Of a DNA stretch of 64,000 bases, positions 9,226 through 18,236 are shown in pieces; positions within the stretch are counted from its first letter, which is position 1, and each line of letters opens with the position of its first letter. The position numbers and the translations under genes are program-made. The notes under the pieces are model-generated. The model saw only the letters and a list, made by a program, of their open reading frames with translations, ran no database searches and was not told the origin of the DNA. The stretch comes from an uncultured bacterium (GTDB lineage: Bacteria; Planctomycetota; Uabimicrobiia; Uabimicrobiales; JABWCH01): the NCBI GenBank assembly GCA_938003875.1, contig CALKWO010000414.1, positions 8,565 to 72,564 on the forward strand, written 5' to 3'.

Positions 9226-11343
9226 GTGAAAAGATTTTTCTATTGCATTTTTTTCTGTATCATTTTTTTGCAGAGTTTGATAAGTCAGGAAAAAAGGGAA
9301 GAAATGCCGTTGATTCAGGTCATATCTCCTTTAGCCAAATCTTCCTTTCCTGCTTCCTTGCTTTGCCAGGTAAAAATAAGCTCGGAGTTGAAAAAAATCG
9401 ATTTTTTTTTGAAAGGGTATCCTTCTGGTAAAGGAAAACTGCTGCAAGAAAAAGATATCTATTCTTATGAATGGAAGGACTTAAGCGACGGACTTTATAC
9501 AATCATCATCGAAGCTACAGACACTCTGGGAAATAAAAATACAATAGAAATACCCGCACAGGTGGATAGCACAAATCCAATCCTGGAATGGAGCGAGCCA
9601 ACAGGGGATTATCTTGCCAGTAAAAATGTTTCTTTGTATATCCATGTCCTGGATGATTCCCCTGTTACAGATGTATGCTACTCTGTGGTGGATCAAAAGG
9701 AAAAAAATTGTATCCCTTTCCAACAAGAAGAAAAAATCTGGAAAGCAGAATTCGTTGTACCAGAAGAGGGGAAATATGTCCTGGTTGCCCAAGCCAGAGA
9801 TTCTGCTGGAAATAGGGGAAAGAGCAAGCCCATAGAAATTGTGTATGATATAACGCCTCCCCTGGTGGAGTTTAGGTACCCTGAAAAAAAATATTTACCA
9901 GGAACATTTCCTTTAGAAATAAAAGCAAAGGATGCCCTATCGGGAATAAAACTTGTAGAACTTTGGATAGAAGAAAAGAAAGTACCGCTTTATCAAGAAG
10001 GGGATACATGGAAAGCTTCCATAACAATAGAAAAAAGTGGAACTTATCACCTTACTCCTTTTGTACTGGATAAAGCAGGGAATCAGGCCAAATGCGATTC
10101 GGTGAAGCTTCATATAGACAAAGATGCGCCCGAAGTTTCTCTCATTACGCCAGATCCTTGTATTGTCCTGGATACTATGAAAATCGCCATAGAATGCAAG
10201 GACAGTATTTCGTCTTTGGACGAGACGGTACTTCTTTTAGATAAGACTGTACTGGGGCATTGGAAAAATCCACAACAAAATACAGATATAACTCTGGATT
10301 TGCGTAGTTTCTCCGAAGGGATCTATTCTTTGGTAGCAGAGGCCAGGGATCAGGCTGGCAATACAGGCCAGAGCAGATCCGTTTCTCTTGTTATAGATCG
10401 CTCTGCTCCTCAATGGAATGCAAGGATAACCCCTGGCTTTTTACAAACAGGCATCGTAAAAATAGAACTGGATATCAAGGACACCCTATCTGGTTTGCCA
10501 CAAAATCTTTCTCTTCGTGTATGGATGGAACTCGCTGGCAAAGCCTATCCTATATCCTGCCAATACAATAAAGGAAATACCTGGCAGGCGCAGTGCATGA
10601 TAACCAGAGAACATCCTGAAGGGGATGCCATAGTCTATGCAGAAGGTATCCAGGATAAAGCAGGGCATTTTCTGCCTAAAACGCGCTTAGGCTCTTTTGT
10701 TATTCGGGCTGCTGGCGGTTTATGGCCTCTTTCCCCCAGAGACAAAGCGCATCCTCTTCTGGCTGCCTTTTCTCAGGAAACTTCAGAAAAACTTTCTGGA
10801 TTGTGGATCTCCGCTCGTGCTGAAAGTGAAATTTTTGCCATTGAAGATGGACAGATCGTAGAAATCCAGTCTTCCTTAAAAGAAAAATCAGGGTATATCC
10901 TTGTTCAAAGGCAAAGGGATGATCTTGTTTGGGGATACTATCATCTGATGTTGGGAATAAATCCGTCCACAGGTTTTTTTTGGACACCTGGAGACATCAT
11001 CAAGGAAGGCCAGATACTAGGAAAAGCTGCCAAGGTGCAAGGGATTCCCGATTCTTTTCTCTACCTTGAACTTCTTGCCTGGAAAGAAGGCCAGTGGCAG
11101 ATAGTCGCCATACCAGAAAATACTCTTTCCCCTGCACCAGACACAGAACGAGTTTCCCCTCTTGCCCTCGTTCTAGCCAGAGAGGATGCTCAAGAAAACC
11201 AGAGGGCCTGGAATTTTTTTTTACCTCCAGAATACCAATCTCTGGAAATTCCTTCTAATTCCTATGCTGTCAGCGACTTTTTCATCCTTCTATACATAAT
11301 TGCATCGGTAGGTGCAATCCTTGTTATGATATTCTGGGCATAA
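9226..11343 (+). CDS. Ig-like repeat protein with a degenerate C-terminal LytM/M23 domain and a C-terminal TM helix
   Basis: GTG at 9226 with AAGGA 7 nt upstream; the ORF opens at TTG 9202, overlapping the moxR stop. About five ~90-aa repeats (..PPLVEFRYPE..LEIKAKDALSGI.., ..APEVSLITPD.., ..APQWNARITPG..IKDTLSGL..). The M23-like core has lost its catalytic His residues (FLYLELL in place of HLHFE). Confidence 0.75.
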   Translation: MKRFFYCIFFCIIFLQSLISQEKREEMPLIQVISPLAKSSFPASLLCQVKISSELKKIDFFLKGYPSGKGKLLQEKDIYSYEWKDLSDGLYTIIIEATDTLGNKNTIEIPAQVDSTNPILEWSEPTGDYLASKNVSLYIHVLDDSPVTDVCYSVVDQKEKNCIPFQQEEKIWKAEFVVPEEGKYVLVAQARDSAGNRGKSKPIEIVYDITPPLVEFRYPEKKYLPGTFPLEIKAKDALSGIKLVELWIEEKKVPLYQEGDTWKASITIEKSGTYHLTPFVLDKAGNQAKCDSVKLHIDKDAPEVSLITPDPCIVLDTMKIAIECKDSISSLDETVLLLDKTVLGHWKNPQQNTDITLDLRSFSEGIYSLVAEARDQAGNTGQSRSVSLVIDRSAPQWNARITPGFLQTGIVKIELDIKDTLSGLPQNLSLRVWMELAGKAYPISCQYNKGNTWQAQCMITREHPEGDAIVYAEGIQDKAGHFLPKTRLGSFVIRAAGGLWPLSPRDKAHPLLAAFSQETSEKLSGLWISARAESEIFAIEDGQIVEIQSSLKEKSGYILVQRQRDDLVWGYYHLMLGINPSTGFFWTPGDIIKEGQILGKAAKVQGIPDSFLYLELLAWKEGQWQIVAIPENTLSPAPDTERVSPLALVLAREDAQENQRAWNFFLPPEYQSLEIPSNSYAVSDFFILLYIIASVGAILVMIFWA

Positions 11344-11396
11344 ATGCCATCGCAATAGATTGTAGATTCTATCAGCTTTATTGAAAGGATAACAAT

Positions 11397-13034
11397 ATGA
11401 AATATATTATTTTACTTTTTCTTTTGGTTGGATTTATACCAGTCCAAGATGCCAGTGCAGATCTTATCTTATGGTATAAATTTGACGAAACATCTGGGAC
11501 TGTTGCCTCGGACTTTACAGGCTCCAGCAATGCCAGCCTGACATCTTTTAACTATAACTCTGATTCTAACTGGATGCCAGGCGCGGGGAAATTCGGTGGA
11601 GCATTGCGGTTCGATGGTATCAATGATGTGTTGGTCAACTCAAGCTTTGTACACCCTACTGCTGCTTTTACCTATGCTTTTTGGTTTAAGCCTGATGCCA
11701 ATCTTCAGGCAGGCAGTGGACGCGATGATTTTCATTATGGATCAAGCTATTCACGGCCTCATATAACGTTCGACAGAGAAGGCGATGGGAAAATTGGAAT
11801 CTATACGACAATTAATGGCAATGTCAGTGATCTGGCTAAATCTACCAGCAATTCCTGGACAGCCAATACCTGGTATCATGTTGCCTTCAGTTTTGATGGT
11901 GCCCAGGTAAAAGTCTATGTAAATGGCAATTGTGAAGGTACGTTTGCTCAGTCTGGTGTTCATCAGGCTGGAACAGGCTTCCATATAGGAGCTTCTAGTG
12001 CTTCTGGGACTCAGGCTTTCGATGGCATGATAGACGATTATGCTATCTGGAATGAAGCTCTTTCTCCCAGTGCTATAGGATCTATTGTTAGCTATGGGAT
12101 CGGAAATCCAGTTCCTGAACCATTTTCTGGAGTGCTTGTTATGATTGGTTTATTTATAAGCATTTTTAGCGTTCATAAAAAATGGCAAGGAAAGCAGGGA
12201 ATTATGATTCTTTTGATTGCACTTGCTATTTCTCCAGCACAAATATTCGCTGATCCTGTCCTTCAGAATCTGAAACTATGGCTCAGGGCAGATTCCCTGA
12301 CTGGACTACAAAATGGTGCTGCTGTGACAACATGGAGCGATGGATCAGGGCTAGGACACGATGCCTATGCTTCAGGATCAAGCACCCCAACTTACTACAG
12401 CTCTGCTATCAATGGTAAGGCAACTTTACGTTTTGATGGGGGGGATCAATTGTTTATCAGCGGGTCAAGTGATTACAATTTTACAGAAACAACCATATTT
12501 ACTGTACACTCTCCGCAAAATCGAGCAGGGACAGTGATTTCCATTGCCCAGGATGGGACTGGGTATGACCATGAATTCTTACTTTATGGCGATAATACCT
12601 ATCATCATACATCAGGAGGCGTTTTTACGACAATAGGCCATCAGAGCGTTCCCTCTACAGTGTATTTTTCTACTTCTGTGATAGGCACTGCACCCAGTGA
12701 TATACTCTTCAGAATCAACGGAATCACGAGTACCACTAGTACTGTAGCCTATGGAGGAGGTGGTAGCAATATGCCATCTGTCAATAGAAATATCACTATC
12801 GGTTCAAGATGGCTAGATAATTATGGCGAGGCTTTTCTGGGGGATATTGCAGAGATTCTTGTATATTCTGGAAAGCTTAGCCAGCAAGACATACAAACGG
12901 TAGAATACTATCTATCCAGCAAATATAGCATCGGCAATATTTCCAATCCTGTTCCTGAGCCAGGATGTGTCTTTCTGGTCATCGCGGGAATGATGGTTGC
13001 ATTCAAAATACGATATTGCAGTCCAAAAAAATAG
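11397..13034 (+). CDS. Tandem LamG-domain / PEP-CTERM protein (two complete modules in one ORF)
   Basis: Module 1: signal peptide, LamG motifs (LILWYKFDE, FDGINDVL, FAFWFKPD, FDGMIDDYAIWNEALS), then PEP-CTERM NPVPEPFSGVLVMIGLFISIFSVHKK at 12111-12190. Module 2 starts at ATG 12204 with a new signal-like segment, a second LamG, and PEP-CTERM VPEPGCVFLVIAGMMVAFKIRY. Confidence 0.8.
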   Translation: MKYIILLFLLVGFIPVQDASADLILWYKFDETSGTVASDFTGSSNASLTSFNYNSDSNWMPGAGKFGGALRFDGINDVLVNSSFVHPTAAFTYAFWFKPDANLQAGSGRDDFHYGSSYSRPHITFDREGDGKIGIYTTINGNVSDLAKSTSNSWTANTWYHVAFSFDGAQVKVYVNGNCEGTFAQSGVHQAGTGFHIGASSASGTQAFDGMIDDYAIWNEALSPSAIGSIVSYGIGNPVPEPFSGVLVMIGLFISIFSVHKKWQGKQGIMILLIALAISPAQIFADPVLQNLKLWLRADSLTGLQNGAAVTTWSDGSGLGHDAYASGSSTPTYYSSAINGKATLRFDGGDQLFISGSSDYNFTETTIFTVHSPQNRAGTVISIAQDGTGYDHEFLLYGDNTYHHTSGGVFTTIGHQSVPSTVYFSTSVIGTAPSDILFRINGITSTTSTVAYGGGGSNMPSVNRNITIGSRWLDNYGEAFLGDIAEILVYSGKLSQQDIQTVEYYLSSKYSIGNISNPVPEPGCVFLVIAGMMVAFKIRYCSPKK

Positions 13035-13040
13035 CCTTCT

Positions 13041-13787
13041 ATGATAAAGGTTTTCAAACAATTTATAGACAATTTTCAAATTCATAGCAAAAGTTATGTT
13101 TCAGTCGTTGGGAGCGGAGGAAAGTCAACGCTAATAAAACAGATGGCTATGGAAGCATCCTCTTGTGATTGGCCTTCGGTAATCACCACAACGACCCATA
13201 TTCATATTCCCTTTTCAGGACAAGGGGAATCGCTCCTTGTCCTGGAAAAAAAAGCCAAAGTAGAAGAAATTTTACCCCATTTGCAGAACAACCTTCTGGT
13301 TTTGGTATCCAGAAGGGTTTCTGATTTTAAGGCAAAAGGATTTGAGCCAGAATATCTGGAAGATTTAAAAGAGCATTTTTTGCTTCTTGTAGAAGCGGAT
13401 GGATCGAAAAACAAGCCTTTCAAGATTCCAGCTTCCTTTGAGCCTGTTGTTCCTAAAGAATCCACTCATATCATCCTGGTATGCTCTCTAGGGGCTATAG
13501 GAAAGCCTTTGGAAGAAGAATATGTACATCGAATACACCTTTTAGAAAATTCACAGAAAGATCGCACAATCACTCCCTCTCTCGTAGCCGATGCTCTCTC
13601 CAAGCCTTCCCATTATCTGGAAAAATTTCCTCCATCCTCTTGTGTCTTTGTTTACCTTTCAGGATGTACAGATCCCTTAAAATATAGCTTTGCCCAACAA
13701 ATTGCCCACCATCTAGCGCAAAAAAAATTTTTATATCCTGTTTTTGCTGGAAATATAGGCGAAAAAACATGGATAGAAAAAATCTAG
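13041..13787 (+). CDS. yqeC: YqeC-like protein (putative selenium-dependent hydroxylase accessory protein family)
   Basis: P-loop VVGSGGKST, TTTTHIHIP, LVEADGSKNKPFKIPASFEPVVP and GKPLEEEYVHR match my recollection of the TIGR03172-type family. Confidence 0.65.
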   Translation: MIKVFKQFIDNFQIHSKSYVSVVGSGGKSTLIKQMAMEASSCDWPSVITTTTHIHIPFSGQGESLLVLEKKAKVEEILPHLQNNLLVLVSRRVSDFKAKGFEPEYLEDLKEHFLLLVEADGSKNKPFKIPASFEPVVPKESTHIILVCSLGAIGKPLEEEYVHRIHLLENSQKDRTITPSLVADALSKPSHYLEKFPPSSCVFVYLSGCTDPLKYSFAQQIAHHLAQKKFLYPVFAGNIGEKTWIEKI

Positions 13788-13790
13788 CAA

Positions 13791-14570
13791 TCAAAGCTCT
13801 TTTCTTTGAAAAATCAGAATACTGCCGTAAAGCACAAAAGATGTATAGATCAGAAAATAAAGAATGCCATAGAAAAAAATTTCTTCCGAGATTTCTCGTC
13901 TAGTGATGGCTTTCCATTCTTCATGAACCGCTGCCATTTTGATATTAAAATACATAAAATTGGGCAAAAGATAATACATTGTCTCTAAAAAATATTTTCC
14001 CATACCCTGGAAACTTTCAGCCCAATATTGGATTTCATAGCTAGTGCGCCCTGCAATGAAGATAAGTATTGTAGCCAGAGTGCTTCCCATCGGAGAGAGT
14101 ATCGTGGAGAAGAAAAGGGCTATTGCCACCAGCAGAAGGCATCCCAAGAGGAGAAACAGGCAGGCGCATAGCATCATCCAGGATGGATTGCGTCCATTGG
14201 CATATAAAAATATTCCCAACAGAAGTGCCATAAAACAAAAGCAGGCTGTGAGCGTAGCAGCAATCCCCAAATATTTCCCCAATAAATATTCCGCCCTGGA
14301 TACAGGATGGCTAAGTATTGTAAATAGACTCCGTTTTTGGATTTCCTTATAAAATAAGCCTGATGTCATAAAGATCGCCAGAATCATTCCAAAAAAATCC
14401 ATAGCTCCCAGGGAAATATCGCTGATCACTTTGATTCTATCGCCCAGGACGACCTCGGCTATTGCCTGAGATGCAAGGATGACGAACACGGAGAGGAAAA
14501 AAATCAAGCGCAAGATACGATCTCTCATGGTTTCCCAAAAGCTATTCTTTGCAATGACAAGAATCTTCAT
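13791..14570 (-). CDS. ABC-2 type transporter permease
   Basis: 259 aa with six predicted TM helices. It overlaps the upstream ABC ATPase gene by 29 nt. Confidence 0.75.
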   Translation of the reverse strand: MKILVIAKNSFWETMRDRILRLIFFLSVFVILASQAIAEVVLGDRIKVISDISLGAMDFFGMILAIFMTSGLFYKEIQKRSLFTILSHPVSRAEYLLGKYLGIAATLTACFCFMALLLGIFLYANGRNPSWMMLCACLFLLLGCLLLVAIALFFSTILSPMGSTLATILIFIAGRTSYEIQYWAESFQGMGKYFLETMYYLLPNFMYFNIKMAAVHEEWKAITRREISEEIFFYGILYFLIYTSFVLYGSILIFQRKEL

Positions 14571-15486
14571 CCTGCTTTTCCTTCATCAAACGAAAATAGC
14601 ATTCTTCTAAAGTTTCATACTCTGGTATCCAGGCAAGAGGAAATATTTTTTTTTCCTGCAAGAAGGATTTCATTTTTTCTATCTTATCCTGCTCTTGAAG
14701 GATAATGGCAATTTTTTCTTCTTTTGGCTCTATTGCCAGAGGAAAAGGGAATTCGATACCTGCTATCTGCTCTTTGTGGAGAGAGATATGGACGAAGATA
14801 GGTTGTTGTTTCAGAAAGTCCCTGGTCTTACCCATGGCAATGGCCTTTCCCTGGTATAAAAAGGCTACTTCTTCGCATAGATGTTCTACATCGGAGAGAA
14901 TATGAGATGTGAAAAAAATAGTCTTGCCTCTTTCTTTCCAGGAGAGCATTTTGTCTCGCAGCATGCGTCTCCCCTCAGGATCCAGGCCAGACATAGGCTC
15001 ATCCAGGATTAAAATATCAGGATCATAGGCAAAGGCATGGGCAATGGCCAGCCTTTGCTTCATGCCTTTGGAAAAAGTAAAAACAGGGCGATTGCCATTT
15101 CCTTCCAGCCCGACTTCCTGTATTGCACTTTGGGAAAGATTCTTGCTTTCCTTAGAGGGAATACCGTGCAAACGGCAGCAAGATTCGAGGGATTCGAGGG
15201 CAGTAAGATAGTCATAGAAGCCAGGTTCTTCTGGCAAAAAGCCAACACTCTTTCGGGATGCAGGCACTTCTGTGGAAATCCCATATATCCTGGCCCAACC
15301 TTTTGTAGGGCGGCATAAATCCATCAGTATCTTGATTGTCGTTGTTTTGCCTGCTCCGTTGTGCCCTAAAAAGCCAAAAACTTTTCCACAGGGAATTTGT
15401 AAGGTCAAATTCTGTAATGCCTTCTTTTTCTGCCCTCTTTCCAGAGTATACTCCATAGTGAGATTTTGTGTTTCTATCGCTAACAT
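14542..15486 (-). CDS. ABC transporter ATP-binding protein (ABC-2 subfamily)
   Basis: Walker [10 protein letters not shown], signature-like [12 protein letters not shown], Walker B ILILDEP, H-loop TSHIL. Confidence 0.9.
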   Translation of the reverse strand: MLAIETQNLTMEYTLERGQKKKALQNLTLQIPCGKVFGFLGHNGAGKTTTIKILMDLCRPTKGWARIYGISTEVPASRKSVGFLPEEPGFYDYLTALESLESCCRLHGIPSKESKNLSQSAIQEVGLEGNGNRPVFTFSKGMKQRLAIAHAFAYDPDILILDEPMSGLDPEGRRMLRDKMLSWKERGKTIFFTSHILSDVEHLCEEVAFLYQGKAIAMGKTRDFLKQQPIFVHISLHKEQIAGIEFPFPLAIEPKEEKIAIILQEQDKIEKMKSFLQEKKIFPLAWIPEYETLEECYFRLMKEKQDEDSCHCKE

Positions 15487-15593
15487 AATTGTATTTAATG
15501 CTTTTTCGTTACTTTTATCTTTTTACGTGTTACGGCACTGTGTCTGTGTCTCTGTCTCTGTGGTTAAATTTCTACGTTTCCCTTAGTCACTTA

Positions 15594-15717
15594 CAAGTGA
15601 AATCTTGTGAAAAAGTGTAAAAATTTTTCACCGCAGAGACGCGGAGAACGCAGAGTAGAATAAAAAATATAAAAAGTTTTCTCTGCGACCTCTGCGCCTC
15701 TGCGGTAAATTTTTTTC
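15594..15717. repeat. Word-built hairpin element (word CGCAGAG), archetype copy
   Basis: Flank CAAGTGAAATCTTGTGAAAAAGTGTAAAAATTTTTC. Left arm ACCGCAGAGACGCGGAGAACGCAGAG (15630-15655), 25-nt A/T loop, right arm CTCTGCGACCTCTGCGCCTCTGCGGT (15681-15706), then TAAATTTTTTT. Confidence 0.85.
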
Positions 15718-15746
15718 TTTTTGATTACGGTTTATCCGTGTTATAT

Positions 15747-17453
15747 TTACTTAGGACCCTGGCTCATTTGCAGCATAATTTCATCAAAAATCTGGCCTAA
15801 AAAATCGCCATCTGATTTTATCACCAAAAAGCCATACATCCCTTTTTCTACGATTTCGCCAGTCCATACCAATTCCTGAAAATGCTTTGTATAATTGCTT
15901 ATTAAAGCAGATTGCATCTTGATATGAGGAGGCAGTATATTCAAAATCTGCTCAACCAGCTCTCCTAATTTTACATATCCTGTTGTGGGAAAACCTTTTT
16001 TGAAGCCATCTAGGACTTTCTGATTTTTTATATTTTCTAAAAGCCCGCCTTTTCCCTGGTTTAATTTTTCTACCAATTCTTTGCGGCTGGCTATAAGAAG
16101 ATAATCACCCACTATGCAAATTACAGGTTCCATAGAAATTTCAGGTTGCAATTTCTGGACGGAAAATCTGATTCCCTTTGTATCAAAAGGTGCAAGGGGA
16201 AGATCAGGGTATTTTTTCTGCAAGGCTTGCAAGGTATCCTGCAAAAGATTAGCCATTTTAGATGCGTTGTTGAGCCTGGCAGCAAGAAGCAAATCGAATT
16301 GCATTTTTTCTTGCGTTGGAAGATTATAGAGTACCAGAGCGTTGGTTCCCTGTATATTCTGAAGAATATCTTTTTCGACAGATATGTTCAAGCCTAGTTC
16401 TTTGCTTATCGGCCCTTCCAGCTTGCTGAAAAATTCGTCCACGCTTCTTCCCAATTGCTCCCCTAAAGGAGAAACAGATAGCAGCATATCCAGAGTCGGC
16501 TTTGCGATTTCCCATGATTTCTGCATGTCTGTGGCATTCACAGCACAAACTAGAGGATGAGAGGGCAATTGTTGCAAGAGGTCTTCTGCTGTACCTTTTC
16601 CCTGATATGCTTTCCATAACTCAGAATCTTTCTGAAATCCCATATAAGAATGCATCTGGAATTCACTTCCTGCCAGCTTCAAGGAAAAAGCCAGAGAAGT
16701 AAAGTCTTCAGCAATCTTCTCCAAATTTTTCATCATCTGGGATTGTTCAGGCTGGAATCTTTTGGTTTGCTCGCTGGAAAACTTTATAACAGAGGGATAA
16801 TCCATGTAAAAGAAAATATCTCCCTGGTCTTTTATCCCCGATATGGCCTCCTGAAATACAAGATTTTGAGAAAGCTTATTCTCTGAATTCAGGACATCTT
16901 TCTCGAATTCCTGTGCCAGATTTCTTCTTATAAGTGGATTGCTGCTGGCGTAGAGAACAAAATAACCATCTTTGAAAAAATAAATAGAATCAGGAGAAGG
17001 CCCAAATTGTCCCTGTACTGAAAAACAAGAAATATTACCGACCTGTGTGGTGTTTATTTTTCGTCCAGCAAAGGCTGTCTCTTGTAAAAAAGACGAAAAT
17101 GCCTTATCGTCCTGCACTCCGCAGAAAAAAATCATGGTTTGTTTTTCTATACTACCTATGCCCATTCCCAGAGGCAAAGAAAAATCAAAGCCCTTGTCAC
17201 GGTAAAATTGGGGATCTGTAAAATCAAAAGGCAAAACTTGGCCCGCTGATTGGAAGAATTCTGAATATTTCTGGAAATCGACTTTTTTAACGGATTCCAG
17301 AGGTGCATTGGCAGTAAGAAGCATAATGGTATTCGAAGGCAAAAACTCCAGATACCCTTTAGACTCAGCAGCTTTTTCTTTTGGAGAAAGCATGGTAAAG
17401 GCAAGCACACCTGCAATCACAACTATCAAAACCAAAGGCAATACTTTACTCAT
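15747..17453 (-). CDS. Membrane-anchored hypothetical protein (possibly DUF3352-like)
   Basis: ATG at 17453 preceded by AAAGGA; the ORF extends to GTG 17507. N-terminal TM MSKVLPLVLIVVIAGVLAF. The family assignment is from memory of architecture only. Confidence 0.6.
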   Translation of the reverse strand: MSKVLPLVLIVVIAGVLAFTMLSPKEKAAESKGYLEFLPSNTIMLLTANAPLESVKKVDFQKYSEFFQSAGQVLPFDFTDPQFYRDKGFDFSLPLGMGIGSIEKQTMIFFCGVQDDKAFSSFLQETAFAGRKINTTQVGNISCFSVQGQFGPSPDSIYFFKDGYFVLYASSNPLIRRNLAQEFEKDVLNSENKLSQNLVFQEAISGIKDQGDIFFYMDYPSVIKFSSEQTKRFQPEQSQMMKNLEKIAEDFTSLAFSLKLAGSEFQMHSYMGFQKDSELWKAYQGKGTAEDLLQQLPSHPLVCAVNATDMQKSWEIAKPTLDMLLSVSPLGEQLGRSVDEFFSKLEGPISKELGLNISVEKDILQNIQGTNALVLYNLPTQEKMQFDLLLAARLNNASKMANLLQDTLQALQKKYPDLPLAPFDTKGIRFSVQKLQPEISMEPVICIVGDYLLIASRKELVEKLNQGKGGLLENIKNQKVLDGFKKGFPTTGYVKLGELVEQILNILPPHIKMQSALISNYTKHFQELVWTGEIVEKGMYGFLVIKSDGDFLGQIFDEIMLQMSQGPK

Positions 17454-17533
17454 AATTAAATCCTTTTTTGATGTAAGAATTCCTATTCTAATATTTTCTA
17501 CCTTCACAGGCTTATTTATAAGTTTTTTTATAC

Positions 17534-17606
17534 AAAAAACACAAAATAGACGAACATTTTTTTTCGTGCTTTTCGTGTTTTTCGTGGACCATTCTTTACA
17601 CTCTTC
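17534..17606. repeat. Word-built hairpin element (word TTCGTG / CACGAA), reverse orientation
   Basis: CAAAAAACACAAAATAGACGAACA, T6, TTCGTGCTTTTCGTGTTTTTCGTGG, followed by ACCATTCTTTACAC (reverse complement of the GTGTAAAGAATGG flank). Confidence 0.7.
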
Positions 17607-17672
17607 TCTTCGTGTTCTTCATAATGAAATCGTCTCGATCCTTTACCAAAGATTCTGCTAGAGCTAGAATAA

Positions 17673-18236
17673 TTAAGGAGATACGATGTGTACTACTATA
17701 TTGTTTTCAAAATAAACCAGAGTCTGTCTAGCCTGGTCTTCATAATAAACCCACACATCTTCTTTTTCATAATTCGAAGGAAAGACAGGATATCCTCTTG
17801 ACCACAGTACCATTTGCTTAGACATTCCTCTTTGTACATTTCCAAAAGATATGGCTGTTTTCCATGGTTCTTCTATGGATTCGATGGTTTCTTGGAGATT
17901 CTCTTGGCTCAGATATCTGGGCATTTCCTTCTCCCATTCGCTCTTTGCATCTCTGCGCCAGTGCAGCATAAATTCATTGCTCTGGTTGTCTACAAAACGA
18001 ATCGTGTCTGAATTGCTCTGGACGAGACGGACACTGGTTCCCCAAGAGAGTATTTTTCCATAGGCATAGTTTTGCCAATAGATATTTTTACCCTCAAAAA
18101 CCCTCAGATTCGTTGTCAGCCACATCTCCTGGCCGAGCATTTTTTGTATTTCTGGCCTTTTGGGTGCATTCTCACAGGAAAGGATTATAAAAAAGATAGC
18201 AATTGCGAATATTTTTTGTATCGTAGTCATATTCAT
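17673..18236 (-). CDS. Lipoprotein with a BamE/SmpA_OmlA-like C-terminal region
   Basis: Lipobox FFIILSC. C-terminal GMSKQMVLWSRGYP...VWVYY...VYFENNIVV. Its start overlaps the stop of the upstream gene (TAATG). Confidence 0.6.
   Translation of the reverse strand: MNMTTIQKIFAIAIFFIILSCENAPKRPEIQKMLGQEMWLTTNLRVFEGKNIYWQNYAYGKILSWGTSVRLVQSNSDTIRFVDNQSNEFMLHWRRDAKSEWEKEMPRYLSQENLQETIESIEEPWKTAISFGNVQRGMSKQMVLWSRGYPVFPSNYEKEDVWVYYEDQARQTLVYFENNIVVHIVSP

Noticed and set aside
15545-15717. Possible CRISPR array, because of the short repeated words (CTGTGTCT, CGCAGAG)
   Set aside because: The words are 7-9 nt and directly tandem or inverted. There are no 25-40 nt unique spacers, no repeats of CRISPR length, and no cas genes in the window.
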